Shown: piece by piece, positions 39,935-48,952 of the stretch
How the letters are laid out: every line of letters begins with the position of its first letter
Position numbering within the stretch: position 1 is the stretch's first letter
Origin: an uncultured Acidobacteriota bacterium
GTDB lineage: Bacteria; Acidobacteriota; Thermoanaerobaculia; Gp7-AA8
DNA length: 64,000 nucleotides
Reading direction: 5' to 3'
Assembly (NCBI GenBank): GCA_963741955.1
Contig: CAVUKB010000010.1
Location: 320,001-384,000, forward strand
Translations under genes and position numbers: made by a program
The notes under the pieces: model-generated
Seen by the model: the letters and a program-made list of their open reading frames with translations, nothing else
Told to the model about the DNA's origin: nothing
Databases searched by the model: none

Positions 39935-41446
39935 TCAGGGTCCTGAATGGCGTATCGCACTTAGCATCGGGACCTCCCCACCAGTCGGCAACCGATGGAA
40001 ATCCTCGTGAACGATGATGTCGAGGCCTTCGGTGAAACCTTCGCCCGGCACGTAGTAGGTTCGGCTCTTCCACGGACGATGCGAGTCGTCCATGGAAGCG
40101 GCGTCGCTGATGAGGAGGCCTTGGGGGATGAGCTCCGACGGCGATTCCACCGAGGAACCCCATACCTCCGCTGCGATCCTGATCCAGGCGATTCCGGAGG
40201 GACAGAAAATCGCATCGGGAAATCCTCTGAGGCCCTCGCTGATGATCGTCCGCTTCCATGACTGCAACTCTCGGCTCAGTGCGTTGTGAAATGAATCCTT
40301 GTCGGCGTCAAGAATGGCACGAACCATGTCGTGGTACTCTTTCTCGTCGCCATCTTTCGGCGGATGAGATTTGAGCCAGTCGGTAACCGTGGAGAGATCT
40401 CGTTCCACCAGGGCAAGAAACGGGTGTCCCGCATCCGGAGCATCGCCTGGCCGAGAGCGGGCGATCGCTATACACCGTCGGGCAAGGGCGAAGTCGCCTG
40501 CGACGATCGCTAACCACGCTCCTCTGGGGTGCTCGAGAAGATAACGAAGTCTCTTCGGCAGTACCGCACCCGCTGCGCAGGCGCGATCGAACTCGCACGT
40601 TGCCTCCGCTGCAAGGCGGAAATATGCAAGTGCTTTCGAGTAATCCCTCTCGCCGACCGCCACCTGTCCGATGTCCTCATAGTCTCGCGCCAGATCCAGA
40701 AGGCGGTGCGTTTCACCGTTCTCGTACCGCTGAATCGCAAGTTCGACCCGATCCGACTCCGAAAGTCTCGCCTTGTGCCGGCGGAGATCGTCGGTGGAGA
40801 ACAGGGCAACCGCCTTCCCTCGGCTCAGCTTTGGGGGCCGGAGGTACTCTCCCTTCCGCATCAGCATGAAACGGAGCTCGTAATCTGATGGTGGAGCGAA
40901 ATCCGAACCATCGAACGCCTCGCGCAGCGCGTCGTCGAAGGGCTTTTCATACCCGAAGTCCGACTCGCCGAGTGCCACTCGATCGAACGACATTCGGCCA
41001 GCCTCGAACCGGAGTAGAGTTTCCGTCCCGCCGAGACCATAAGCGGCCCCACGTCTGAGTCGGCCATCTTGGAAAAGGATGCCGGCCGAGGCACAGGTGC
41101 CATCACTCCTCAGCAGGCACCACGCCGGACCGGCAACAGTGCTGGCCACCTCGGATAAAACCAGCTCGAAGCGCGACAGAAGTTCTCGAACGCACTCGCG
41201 TGCATCGTCGTCCCCCGCGACCTGATCGACAAGGTGAGCCATGCCTTCGGGCAGCCCGCCCATTTCCAGTTCCTTCCCCCTGTAACCGGAGAGCGTCAGC
41301 GTCGCCGGCATCGACTCAGTTGGGGCGGGACTATAGTCCAGTGACACCTGCACGGGCTCTTTCAGCAGGCCGAGGGAGTTCTGCAGGCGCTTCGCGATCA
41401 TCCTGAGCCGCTCGGGATCGCATCTGGTCAGAACGAAAGCTTCCAT
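39935..41446 (-). CDS. Hypothetical protein with an Imm49-like C-terminal region (candidate immunity protein)
   Basis: 503 aa in Rhs context; C-terminal AWLAIVAGDFALAR...AILDAD...FHNAL...GIAW...SELIP pattern recalls the immunity 49 family. Confidence 0.45.
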   Translation of the reverse strand: MEAFVLTRCDPERLRMIAKRLQNSLGLLKEPVQVSLDYSPAPTESMPATLTLSGYRGKELEMGGLPEGMAHLVDQVAGDDDARECVRELLSRFELVLSEVASTVAGPAWCLLRSDGTCASAGILFQDGRLRRGAAYGLGGTETLLRFEAGRMSFDRVALGESDFGYEKPFDDALREAFDGSDFAPPSDYELRFMLMRKGEYLRPPKLSRGKAVALFSTDDLRRHKARLSESDRVELAIQRYENGETHRLLDLARDYEDIGQVAVGERDYSKALAYFRLAAEATCEFDRACAAGAVLPKRLRYLLEHPRGAWLAIVAGDFALARRCIAIARSRPGDAPDAGHPFLALVERDLSTVTDWLKSHPPKDGDEKEYHDMVRAILDADKDSFHNALSRELQSWKRTIISEGLRGFPDAIFCPSGIAWIRIAAEVWGSSVESPSELIPQGLLISDAASMDDSHRPWKSRTYYVPGEGFTEGLDIIVHEDFHRLPTGGEVPMLSAIRHSGP

Positions 41447-41659
41447 CGGTGGGTGAGATTAGCATGAGAGGCCAGGCACGCTGAGGGCCCCACTTCGCTC
41501 GGGCCGAACTACGTTGCCCAGGATGATTGGCAAGCTGCGCGCATCCCGACCGAGACACTGGCACGAGGTCGCAGCTGGCGATGAAGAGCGCGAACGTAAC
41601 TCCCGCAGCATCAGTCGATTGCTACCAGTTCCGAGACGCGAAGCTCTGACCCCAGGCTT

Positions 41660-43000
41660 CTCTGGCGTCGTCTGCGGGGTCTGTCCCGCGGGAGTCACGA
41701 CCTCCTCCACCTTCCTCCCGTTCGCGTCGTAGAGGTTCTCGAGCGTCGTTCCGTCGGCGAGCGTCGCCTTCGCAACGTGGTTCTCCGCGTCGTACTGGAG
41801 CACCGCTCCGGCCGTGCGCACGAGGTTCCCGTTCGCGTCGTACCCCAGCGTCTCCCCGCCGAAGCTCGCGTACTGGTTCCGCGTGTTGATCACCGTCGGC
41901 GTGACCGTCGTCGTCGCCGTCTGGGGCGTCTGCACGATATTCGTGATCGAGCGGTAGTTCAGCACCGGGTCGACGTCGTAGCTCGTCCTCCGCAGCATCG
42001 GATTCGTCTGCGTGTCCGTCTTCCAGAGCGTCTCCGCGATGATCGCCCCGATGCGATTGTGCTCGTAGTTCCACTTCCGCGCGAGACTCGCGCGAAGGAC
42101 GGCATTCTTCTCCCCTGCCGGGGAGCGGTCGTAGGTGACGTCGCGAACTGCGGTCCCGGAGATCGCACCCTCTGCGCACTCCGACTGACCACTGCATTGC
42201 GCTCGCTCCGCTCGCGCCGTCAGGGCGGAAGCCCTGACGCCCCCCGTCGCACTCGGCGCCGCGATGTCCCGGATCGAAGTCAGCCGCGCGTTCACGTCCC
42301 ATCCCCAGCTCGACGTGATCCCGTTCTCCAGCGTCCGGGTCACCTGACGCGGTCCCGCGTCCGCGTACATCACGATCGGCGCCGCGTTCCCGTTCTCTGT
42401 AATCGCCGCGATCCGTCCGAGCGGATCGATGCTTCGCGTGAGCGCGAGCCCCGAGGGGTATGTGACGCCCGTGAGGTTTCCGGCGGGATCGAACGCATGC
42501 GTCACCGTCCGCACCGGACCCTCTCCGATCTGCTGCGACTCCGTCAGCTCCCGGTCCAGCGAGTCGAATGTCGCCGTGGTCTTCACACCCTCGCTCGTCT
42601 TCGTTCCGGTCACTCGCCCGAGGTCGTCCACGGTATACGTGATCGCCGACGGACCGAGAACATTGGGCGCTCCGGCCATCGTCTTCGACGTCATCCGTCC
42701 CGCGTCGTCGTAGCCGTACGTCGTGACCGCTCCCACCGCGTCCGTTTCCTTGACGCGGTTCCCTCGGAGATCATACTCGCTCTTCGTCTCCCGCCCCTCC
42801 GGGTCGATCTTCTTCGTCAGATGCCCGCGCGTGTCGTACTGGAAGGTGGTGATGAGCGGCCGATCCGGATCGCTCATGTCGATCGACATCGCCAGCCCGT
42901 TCTACAGGTCGTACTCGAAGCGCGTGACATACGTGTCGGTGGTTCCGTCAGGCCGCTTCTCGATGCGTGTCTCGCTCTTCGGTTCCCGTTCGCGTCGTAC
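41660..43000 (-). pseudogene. Rhs/YD-repeat fragment 3 (truncated core, no toxin tip)
   Basis: Many YD repeats (YDDAGR, FDSLDR, FDPAGNL, YDANGNL, YDAENH). The 5' part carries a stop (YDL*) and a frameshift; no DPxG junction. Confidence 0.8.
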
Positions 43001-43101
43001 TGAGAGAAAGGAGTAGTTGCGAGGCGGTGACTCTGGGGAGGTTCAATTCTACAGTGAGTAGAATCCTTCGCGATCAACGGAATCCGAGGGACAATCACCC
43101 C

Positions 43102-43938
43102 ATGGACGATGAAACCCTACCCGACGACGGCCTTCCGACCTCGGTGGTCGGCGACTGGGCCGAAGAGAAGTACCGGCTGGTCGAGTGCTACGCGAATCTT
43201 TTCGCAACGTCGATGAAGAACCGGTGGGAGTGTCGAAATTACATCGACCTCTTCGCCGGAACGGGCCGCGCGCAGATTCGCGGAACGCAAAAGATCGTAC
43301 GCACGGCGGCGATCCGAGCGCTCGAGGTAACGGCGCCATTCGATCGGTACGTTTTCTGCGAGCTCGATTCGACACGCCTCGGCGCGCTGCGGCAGCGTGT
43401 CGAGCGGTCCCATACGGAGAGGAGTGTGCGTTTCATCGAGGGGAACACCAACGACCGTGTCGACGAGATTGTCGCCGCCATCCCGTTACCCACTCCCGGG
43501 TTCAGGGTTCTGACATTCTGTTTCGCTGATCCGTATCAGTTGGCCAATCTTCAGTTCGAGACGATCCGGAAAATCGCCTCGAGGTTCGTCGACTTTCTGA
43601 TCTTGATTCCAACCGGTATGGACCCGGGGCGCAACGAACAGAACTACGTCGCCGAACGCAGCCAGGTCGTCGCGCAATTCATCGGGCGAGAGAATTGGAG
43701 AGAGAGCTGGAGGAATGAGAGGCAGGTCGGGTTCGGCGATTTCGTGGCTCGCGAGTTCGGTGAGAGCATGCGGAGGCTCGGATATTTGTTCGGCGGATTG
43801 CACGAGACGCATCTGATGCGGAACACAAAGCGAAAAAGCCCGATTTACCGGCTGGCGATGTTCAGCCGGAACGACTTGGGCGAGAAGTTCTGGCGGGCGT
43901 GTAAAAAGGTAGCGACACCGCAGGGGAGCCTGTTCTGA
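43102..43938 (+). CDS. tcmP: Three-Cys-motif partner protein TcmP (SAM-methyltransferase-like fold)
   Basis: VGDWAEEKY, YIDLFAGTG, FCELD, FCFADPY, C-terminal Q.SLF; adjacent to a DUF5131 gene. Confidence 0.85.
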   Translation: MDDETLPDDGLPTSVVGDWAEEKYRLVECYANLFATSMKNRWECRNYIDLFAGTGRAQIRGTQKIVRTAAIRALEVTAPFDRYVFCELDSTRLGALRQRVERSHTERSVRFIEGNTNDRVDEIVAAIPLPTPGFRVLTFCFADPYQLANLQFETIRKIASRFVDFLILIPTGMDPGRNEQNYVAERSQVVAQFIGRENWRESWRNERQVGFGDFVAREFGESMRRLGYLFGGLHETHLMRNTKRKSPIYRLAMFSRNDLGEKFWRACKKVATPQGSLF

Positions 43939-43950
43939 AGGGAAGGGGGA

Positions 43951-44682
43951 ATGGCGCAGAACTCGACGATCGAATGGACCGAGGCGACGTGGAATCCGGT
44001 CACCGGATGCACGAAGGTCAGCCCCGGCTGCAAGAACTGCTATGCGGAGAGAATGGCGAATCGGCTCCGGGCGATGGGAGTCCCCGCGTATGAACATGGA
44101 TTCGAGTTGACGCTGCAGCCCCAGGCGCTGCTCGCTCCCTTGAGGTGGCGGAAGTCTCGGATGATCTTCGTCAACTCGATGAGCGACCTTTTTCATCATA
44201 GCGTGCCGACCGAATTCGTCCTTCGCGTAATGGAGGTGATACGGGCGGCACACTGGCACCAGTTCCAGATTCTCACCAAGCGATCGGAGCGCCTCGCCGA
44301 GTTGGATCGCAAAATTCAGTGGCCGTCGAACCTCTGGCTGGGGGTGAGTGTGGAGTCCAGTTCGTACGGATGGCGTATCGACGATCTCCGTCGAGTCGGG
44401 GCGGCGGTTCGTTTCCTCTCGCTGGAACCGCTTCTAGGGCCGATCGAAGGGATGAATCTCGACGGGATTCACTGGGTCATTGCCGGGGGCGAGTCCGGTC
44501 CGAGGGCGCGCCCCGTCGATCCGGCGTGGATCATCGAGATTCGCGACCAGTGTCTGGCCGCACGAGTCCCGTTTTTCTTCAAGCAATGGGGAGGAACTCG
44601 AAAGAAGAAGACCGGAAGGCTGCTCGAGGGTGCAACCTGGGATCAGATGCCGGCGTCGCAGGCCGGCACCCTCTCAGTCTGA
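43951..44682 (+). CDS. DUF5131 (phage Gp37/Gp68) family three-Cys protein
   Basis: IEWTEATWNPVTGCTKVSPGCKNCYA, FVNSMSDLFH, QILTKR, FLSLEPLLG, WVIAGGESG, FFFKQWGG. Confidence 0.95.
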   Translation: MAQNSTIEWTEATWNPVTGCTKVSPGCKNCYAERMANRLRAMGVPAYEHGFELTLQPQALLAPLRWRKSRMIFVNSMSDLFHHSVPTEFVLRVMEVIRAAHWHQFQILTKRSERLAELDRKIQWPSNLWLGVSVESSSYGWRIDDLRRVGAAVRFLSLEPLLGPIEGMNLDGIHWVIAGGESGPRARPVDPAWIIEIRDQCLAARVPFFFKQWGGTRKKKTGRLLEGATWDQMPASQAGTLSV

Positions 44683-44932
44683 GAATTGAGGAGACCGGCC
44701 ATGCGAAGGAGGGGAGCCTCAAAGATTCTACGATCACCGCTCGACGCTCGGAGATGGTTCTTCTGATTCGTGCGCAATTATGCGCATAAAATTCATCGCT
44801 TGGCTATTATTTCAGAATATTGTACTGTTCATATCTTACGCTCTCTTTTCGGGAAAAGACCATGGCCACGCTGCGTCCCGACTGCCTCGCCCGGAAGCCC
44901 CGACCACTGGACTGAAAGCGAGAATCGCTTTC

Positions 44933-46582
44933 TCACTTTTCCGCGACGATCTCCCCGCGGGCGAATGACGTCTCCTTCGTCACCGCGTCGGTGATGCCGA
45001 CCGAGAGAAGATTCCGTCCTTCACGCACGGTCAGGTTCGCGGTGAAGACGAGAGGCTGACTGCGAAAGTCCTTCTCTTCCGCAGGCTGGATGCGAACCGG
45101 ATTCGCCTGATGGAAGACGGTCGAGAGTGCGCCCTGATCATTTCCGACGGCCACCCACACCGTGAATCCTCCTTCCACTGCGTCGCCACGTTTGACGAGC
45201 TCGATGGAGGAAGGAATGGTGATCTCGAGAGGAACCTGGTACTGATCCCCCTGCGGCTGCGGTTTTCCGGTCCGCACGCCGATCTTCCAGGCAGAGGGTT
45301 CTGCAGGGGCGAAGACGTTCGCAATCACGCGGTCTCGGGTTTGCGCCTGTTCCGACAGCGGCGCCCAGCTTCGGCGCACCCGCGCGACGACTCCCTTCCT
45401 CCGAACCTTCACTTCGATGTTCCGATCGTTCGGATTGGTGCGGGACGGTCGGAATCCGAGAGAGTAGTACGAGTCCACGTCGCGACGGACCGTCTCCAGC
45501 GCTCGATCGAACCGGGATGCGCGCTTCATCGCGATGCCTCCGGTTGCGTCGGCGACGTCCTGGTACGCGTCTTCAGTATTGCCGAGGCGGAGAAAATCGC
45601 CGCCCGCGTCGGCGAGGGCGTCGGCGCTCGTGATGTCCATCGAGTTCGCCGGAGCTCCGGCCGCGATCATGTACATGGTCACGCCATGCGTGTTCGCGTT
45701 CCGGCCGAGTGACTCGATTCTCTCCCGGTGCTTCCTGACCTGCTCGGGATTCGGCCGCTCGTTCGGAGCGTCGAAGCCGCGCATCCATGGCATGAAGAGC
45801 TGGTTCGCCCACTGATACGTCTCGAGACCCGGATCCTTCGGAAGGAGCGCGCCGGCGACGACCAGTACTTTCTTCCCGTCCGCTCCTCCCACCGTCGCGA
45901 TGGTCACGTCGAGGGCATTGACGAGACTCTTCGAGATCAGGACGGTCCTGTCGGTGTCGACCCGAGCGAATGAGATGCACTCGTGATACGCGCTGAGGAC
46001 GGCCATCTGGCCGCTTCGGACCTGGGCGAGCGCCGCGGTACACGCTTTACGCACTGAATCGAACCCGCTCTGCAGCACTGCAGGGGAGCTCTGGCTGGAG
46101 ATCCGCGCAACTGCAGCGTGGAGCGCGGCTCGGTCCTCGGTCAGTGGCTGTTCGATCCGATAAGTTCCGTTCCAGTCGACCACGGACGCGAGATCGCCGG
46201 GACGCATCTGTGAATCGATGAACCGATCGATGCCGGCGAGGATCTCCCGTCTCGCGATCGGATGCATCGACCAGCTGTCGACGAAGAAGACGAAGCGGGT
46301 GGGGCGCGAGGAGGTCTCGTCACCCGTGGCCGACACGCCGGACGGCTGCTGGTTCCCGGCATCACCACGGAGCTCTGTGAAGTTGGTCAGCTTCTGTCGG
46401 ACGCCATCTTCCAGCAGTTCGAAATCATTTCCGTTCAGGCCATGCACGGGATTGCCATCGCGATCTGTGACCACCACGTCGACGTTGACCACGGTGACCT
46501 CGACGGATTGCCGGAACGGTTCCTGTGCGAAGGCGGGAAAAGTCAGAGTGACGAGAACCAGGGTCAGTAAAAGCTTGCGCAT
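44933..46582 (-). CDS. Secreted acidobacterial-type VWA domain protein (paralog of 18897..20573)
   Basis: VNVDVVVTD..G.PV.GL...DFELLEDG, FFVD, GKKVLVV, VADATGG, YYSLGFRP. Confidence 0.85.
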   Translation of the reverse strand: MRKLLLTLVLVTLTFPAFAQEPFRQSVEVTVVNVDVVVTDRDGNPVHGLNGNDFELLEDGVRQKLTNFTELRGDAGNQQPSGVSATGDETSSRPTRFVFFVDSWSMHPIARREILAGIDRFIDSQMRPGDLASVVDWNGTYRIEQPLTEDRAALHAAVARISSQSSPAVLQSGFDSVRKACTAALAQVRSGQMAVLSAYHECISFARVDTDRTVLISKSLVNALDVTIATVGGADGKKVLVVAGALLPKDPGLETYQWANQLFMPWMRGFDAPNERPNPEQVRKHRERIESLGRNANTHGVTMYMIAAGAPANSMDITSADALADAGGDFLRLGNTEDAYQDVADATGGIAMKRASRFDRALETVRRDVDSYYSLGFRPSRTNPNDRNIEVKVRRKGVVARVRRSWAPLSEQAQTRDRVIANVFAPAEPSAWKIGVRTGKPQPQGDQYQVPLEITIPSSIELVKRGDAVEGGFTVWVAVGNDQGALSTVFHQANPVRIQPAEEKDFRSQPLVFTANLTVREGRNLLSVGITDAVTKETSFARGEIVAEK

Positions 46583-46680
46583 GGGCGTCGGGACCTTCCT
46601 TTGAGCCGACTTTATTGTTTTTCGACGATTTCGGATACAGGCTCACTCGACGTGGCCAAGAGCTCGAGACCGCGACGATC

Positions 46681-47754
46681 TCATTGCGCCCCGCAGTTGC
46701 TGCGCCACTTCGCGAGGTCGCGCCAGGCGGATCGCTGCATCGGATGCGCGAGCCACTCACGCTCTTTCTCCCACGCCTTTCGTGCGCCGGCATCGTTCGA
46801 AGGATCGTTCGACAGTTCCTCGAACGGGATCATCTCCACGAGTTTCAGCCGATCCACCGGACCCTGCCAGATCCATCCGTCGGCGAAGTCGATGATTCGA
46901 ACGAACGGGTGGCCGGCTGCGTAGAAGCTCGATGCGGGTAGATGCATCTCCGCAATCGGAGAGGCGGCGAGGTCGAACCCCACTGGCCGGCCAGCGCTCG
47001 CTGCGGCGCAGTCGATGATGCCGCTGAGCGGAAGGCAGTATCTTGTTTCTTCCTCTCCTCGGGGACCACACATCTCGGGCTTTTCGAGTGCGATGAGGAA
47101 GACGTCTTCCCCGAACTGGCGCCAGAGAATGTTGCCCATTCGATCCATGAACTGCGCGACGCGACCGTTGCGGCTCCGGTTGACCTGAAGGTAGCGGGTG
47201 AATGCGTGATGCATGCCGCAGTAGACGAGCATCGGGCGTCTTTGGTCTCCGGAATACTCCGCCACTCTCGAGGCCATGAAGGCATCGTAGTCGATGCCGG
47301 CTTTCCTCCAGTCGGGTGGCGGGCCGAGGGCGACGATCTGCATCGCCGGCAGCTCCGGATGCGCGTGCGTGGATTCCCACGCGCGGTGAAAGATCTCCCG
47401 GTACTGAAGGTAAGGCCAATCGGCGCTTTTCATCAGATCGTTCGCGAGAGAGCGATTCCACTCCGTTCCGGCGATCAGCCGGTCGACGTCTCCCTGTCTC
47501 TTCGCGCTCATCCACTCGATCCCGAGGGCCACGCCGCGCTGGTGGAGCTTCGGAACGAGCGAGGAGACGAGCTCCGCATCATCGCGTCCCCAGTGCCCTT
47601 CGCCGAGGATGACCAGCGGGTGTCGCTCGAGCCTCTGGAGGACGTAGTCGGCCGGAGCCATGCCGGTGTCGCGGAGATACGTTTCGAGCGTCCCGGCGTG
47701 AAGCGGCAGCGAGGTGGCGACGCAGAAGAGGAGTGCAAGGAATCGCATGTTCAC
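46681..47754 (-). CDS. Secreted protein, probable EreA/ChaN-like hydrolase
   Basis: Signal peptide; VILGEGH, LGIEW, FMA and LVYCGMHH motifs typical of the EreA/ChaN/TIKI fold. Confidence 0.55.
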   Translation of the reverse strand: MNMRFLALLFCVATSLPLHAGTLETYLRDTGMAPADYVLQRLERHPLVILGEGHWGRDDAELVSSLVPKLHQRGVALGIEWMSAKRQGDVDRLIAGTEWNRSLANDLMKSADWPYLQYREIFHRAWESTHAHPELPAMQIVALGPPPDWRKAGIDYDAFMASRVAEYSGDQRRPMLVYCGMHHAFTRYLQVNRSRNGRVAQFMDRMGNILWRQFGEDVFLIALEKPEMCGPRGEEETRYCLPLSGIIDCAAASAGRPVGFDLAASPIAEMHLPASSFYAAGHPFVRIIDFADGWIWQGPVDRLKLVEMIPFEELSNDPSNDAGARKAWEKEREWLAHPMQRSAWRDLAKWRSNCGAQ

Positions 47755-47812
47755 TGGTACCGCACGACTGCTCGGGCCGCAGTGAGGTGAGTCACGCCAC
47801 GGAGTGACCGTA

Positions 47813-48264
47813 TCGCGGAGCGTCGGTCAATCCGGGCGATCCGCTCCGCTTCTGCGAAGGACCAGGGTAATGGTTCGGTCGCGCACGCGCCGCGATCCGC
47901 GCGGCGGATCAGAGGATCCGCGCCCCTCGGCAGTGATGTCGTTGGGGTGCGGATCAATCTCGGCGTTGCGTCTTCATGGGGTGCGGATCCCGCCCCGAGG
48001 GATCCGCCGCGAAGATCGTGTGGTACGCGATGAAGAGGAAGATCGCGATGAAGAGGAAGACTGTGGGTTTCGCGGAGCGTCGGTCAAGCCGGGCGATCAG
48101 CTCCGCTTCTGCGAAGGACCGGGGTGATGGTGCGGTCGCGCACGCGCCGGGATCCGCGCGGCGGATCAGAGGATCCGCGCCCCTCGGCAGTGATGTCGTT
48201 GGGGTGCGGATCAATCTCGGCGGTGCGTCTTCATGGGGTGCGGATCCCGCCCCGCGGGATCCGC
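47813..48264. repeat. Two ~195-bp direct repeats (period 257 bp) built of REP-like palindromes
   Basis: 47813-48007 and 48070-48264 are near-identical; each contains GCGGATCAGAGGATCCGC and GTGCGGATCCC...GGGATCCGC hairpins. Confidence 0.85.
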
Positions 48265-48350
48265 ACTCCATGAGGCGGGTTAGCCGCACCCACTCGCGCC
48301 TCGTCCTGGAATCGGGTCTAATCGATTGGAATCGTTTGGAGGAGGACCGA

Positions 48351-48749
48351 ATGAGTCGAGTGAACATCGGATCGGGAGCGCCGTGGGAGGCGCAGAAGGG
48401 ATATTGCCGTGCCGTGCGCGTCGGGCCGTACGTCCACGTCGCCGGGACGACGGCCGTCGGAACCGATGGACATCCGGTTGGAGAAGGGGACGCGTACATT
48501 CAGGCGAAGCGAGTGTTCGAGATCATCGCCGGAGCGCTCGCGGAGGCGGGTGCGTCGATGGAGGACGTGGTCCGCACCCGGATGTTTCTGACCAGCATTC
48601 GCGACAAAGAGTCGGTAGGAAGAGCGCATGGTGAAGTGTTTCGCGACATTCGCCCGGCGGCGACGATGGTCGAGGTGAGCGCTCTCTACGAACCGTGGAT
48701 GCTGGTGGAGATCGAGGCAGACGCGATCGTTGCGGGTGAGCGGGATTGA
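48351..48749 (+). CDS. RidA/YjgF/UK114 family protein
   Basis: WEAQKGYCRAVRVG..VHVAGTT, DVVRTRMF, RPAATMVEV..L..LVEIEADA; GGAGGA RBS. Confidence 0.92.
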   Translation: MSRVNIGSGAPWEAQKGYCRAVRVGPYVHVAGTTAVGTDGHPVGEGDAYIQAKRVFEIIAGALAEAGASMEDVVRTRMFLTSIRDKESVGRAHGEVFRDIRPAATMVEVSALYEPWMLVEIEADAIVAGERD

Positions 48750-48952
48750 GCGGCTACCCGATGATCGTAGCGGAAACACGTGGGAAACTGGCTGGCACGA
48801 CCAACGATTCCGGCTTCGGGATACTTCTCGACGTCGTCGTCTGGTGTGGGCCCGCCGGGGGCCGGCTTCGAGCGTCGGCCGCACTCAGGTTCGTCGAGTC
48901 ACGTGGCCACGCGAGGGTGTTTGCGTGGAACCGAACGGGCCAATTCTTCCAA

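Noticed and set aside
47976-48350. N-terminal extension of the RidA ORF
   Set aside because: It runs through the REP direct repeat; a strong RBS supports the ATG at 48351.
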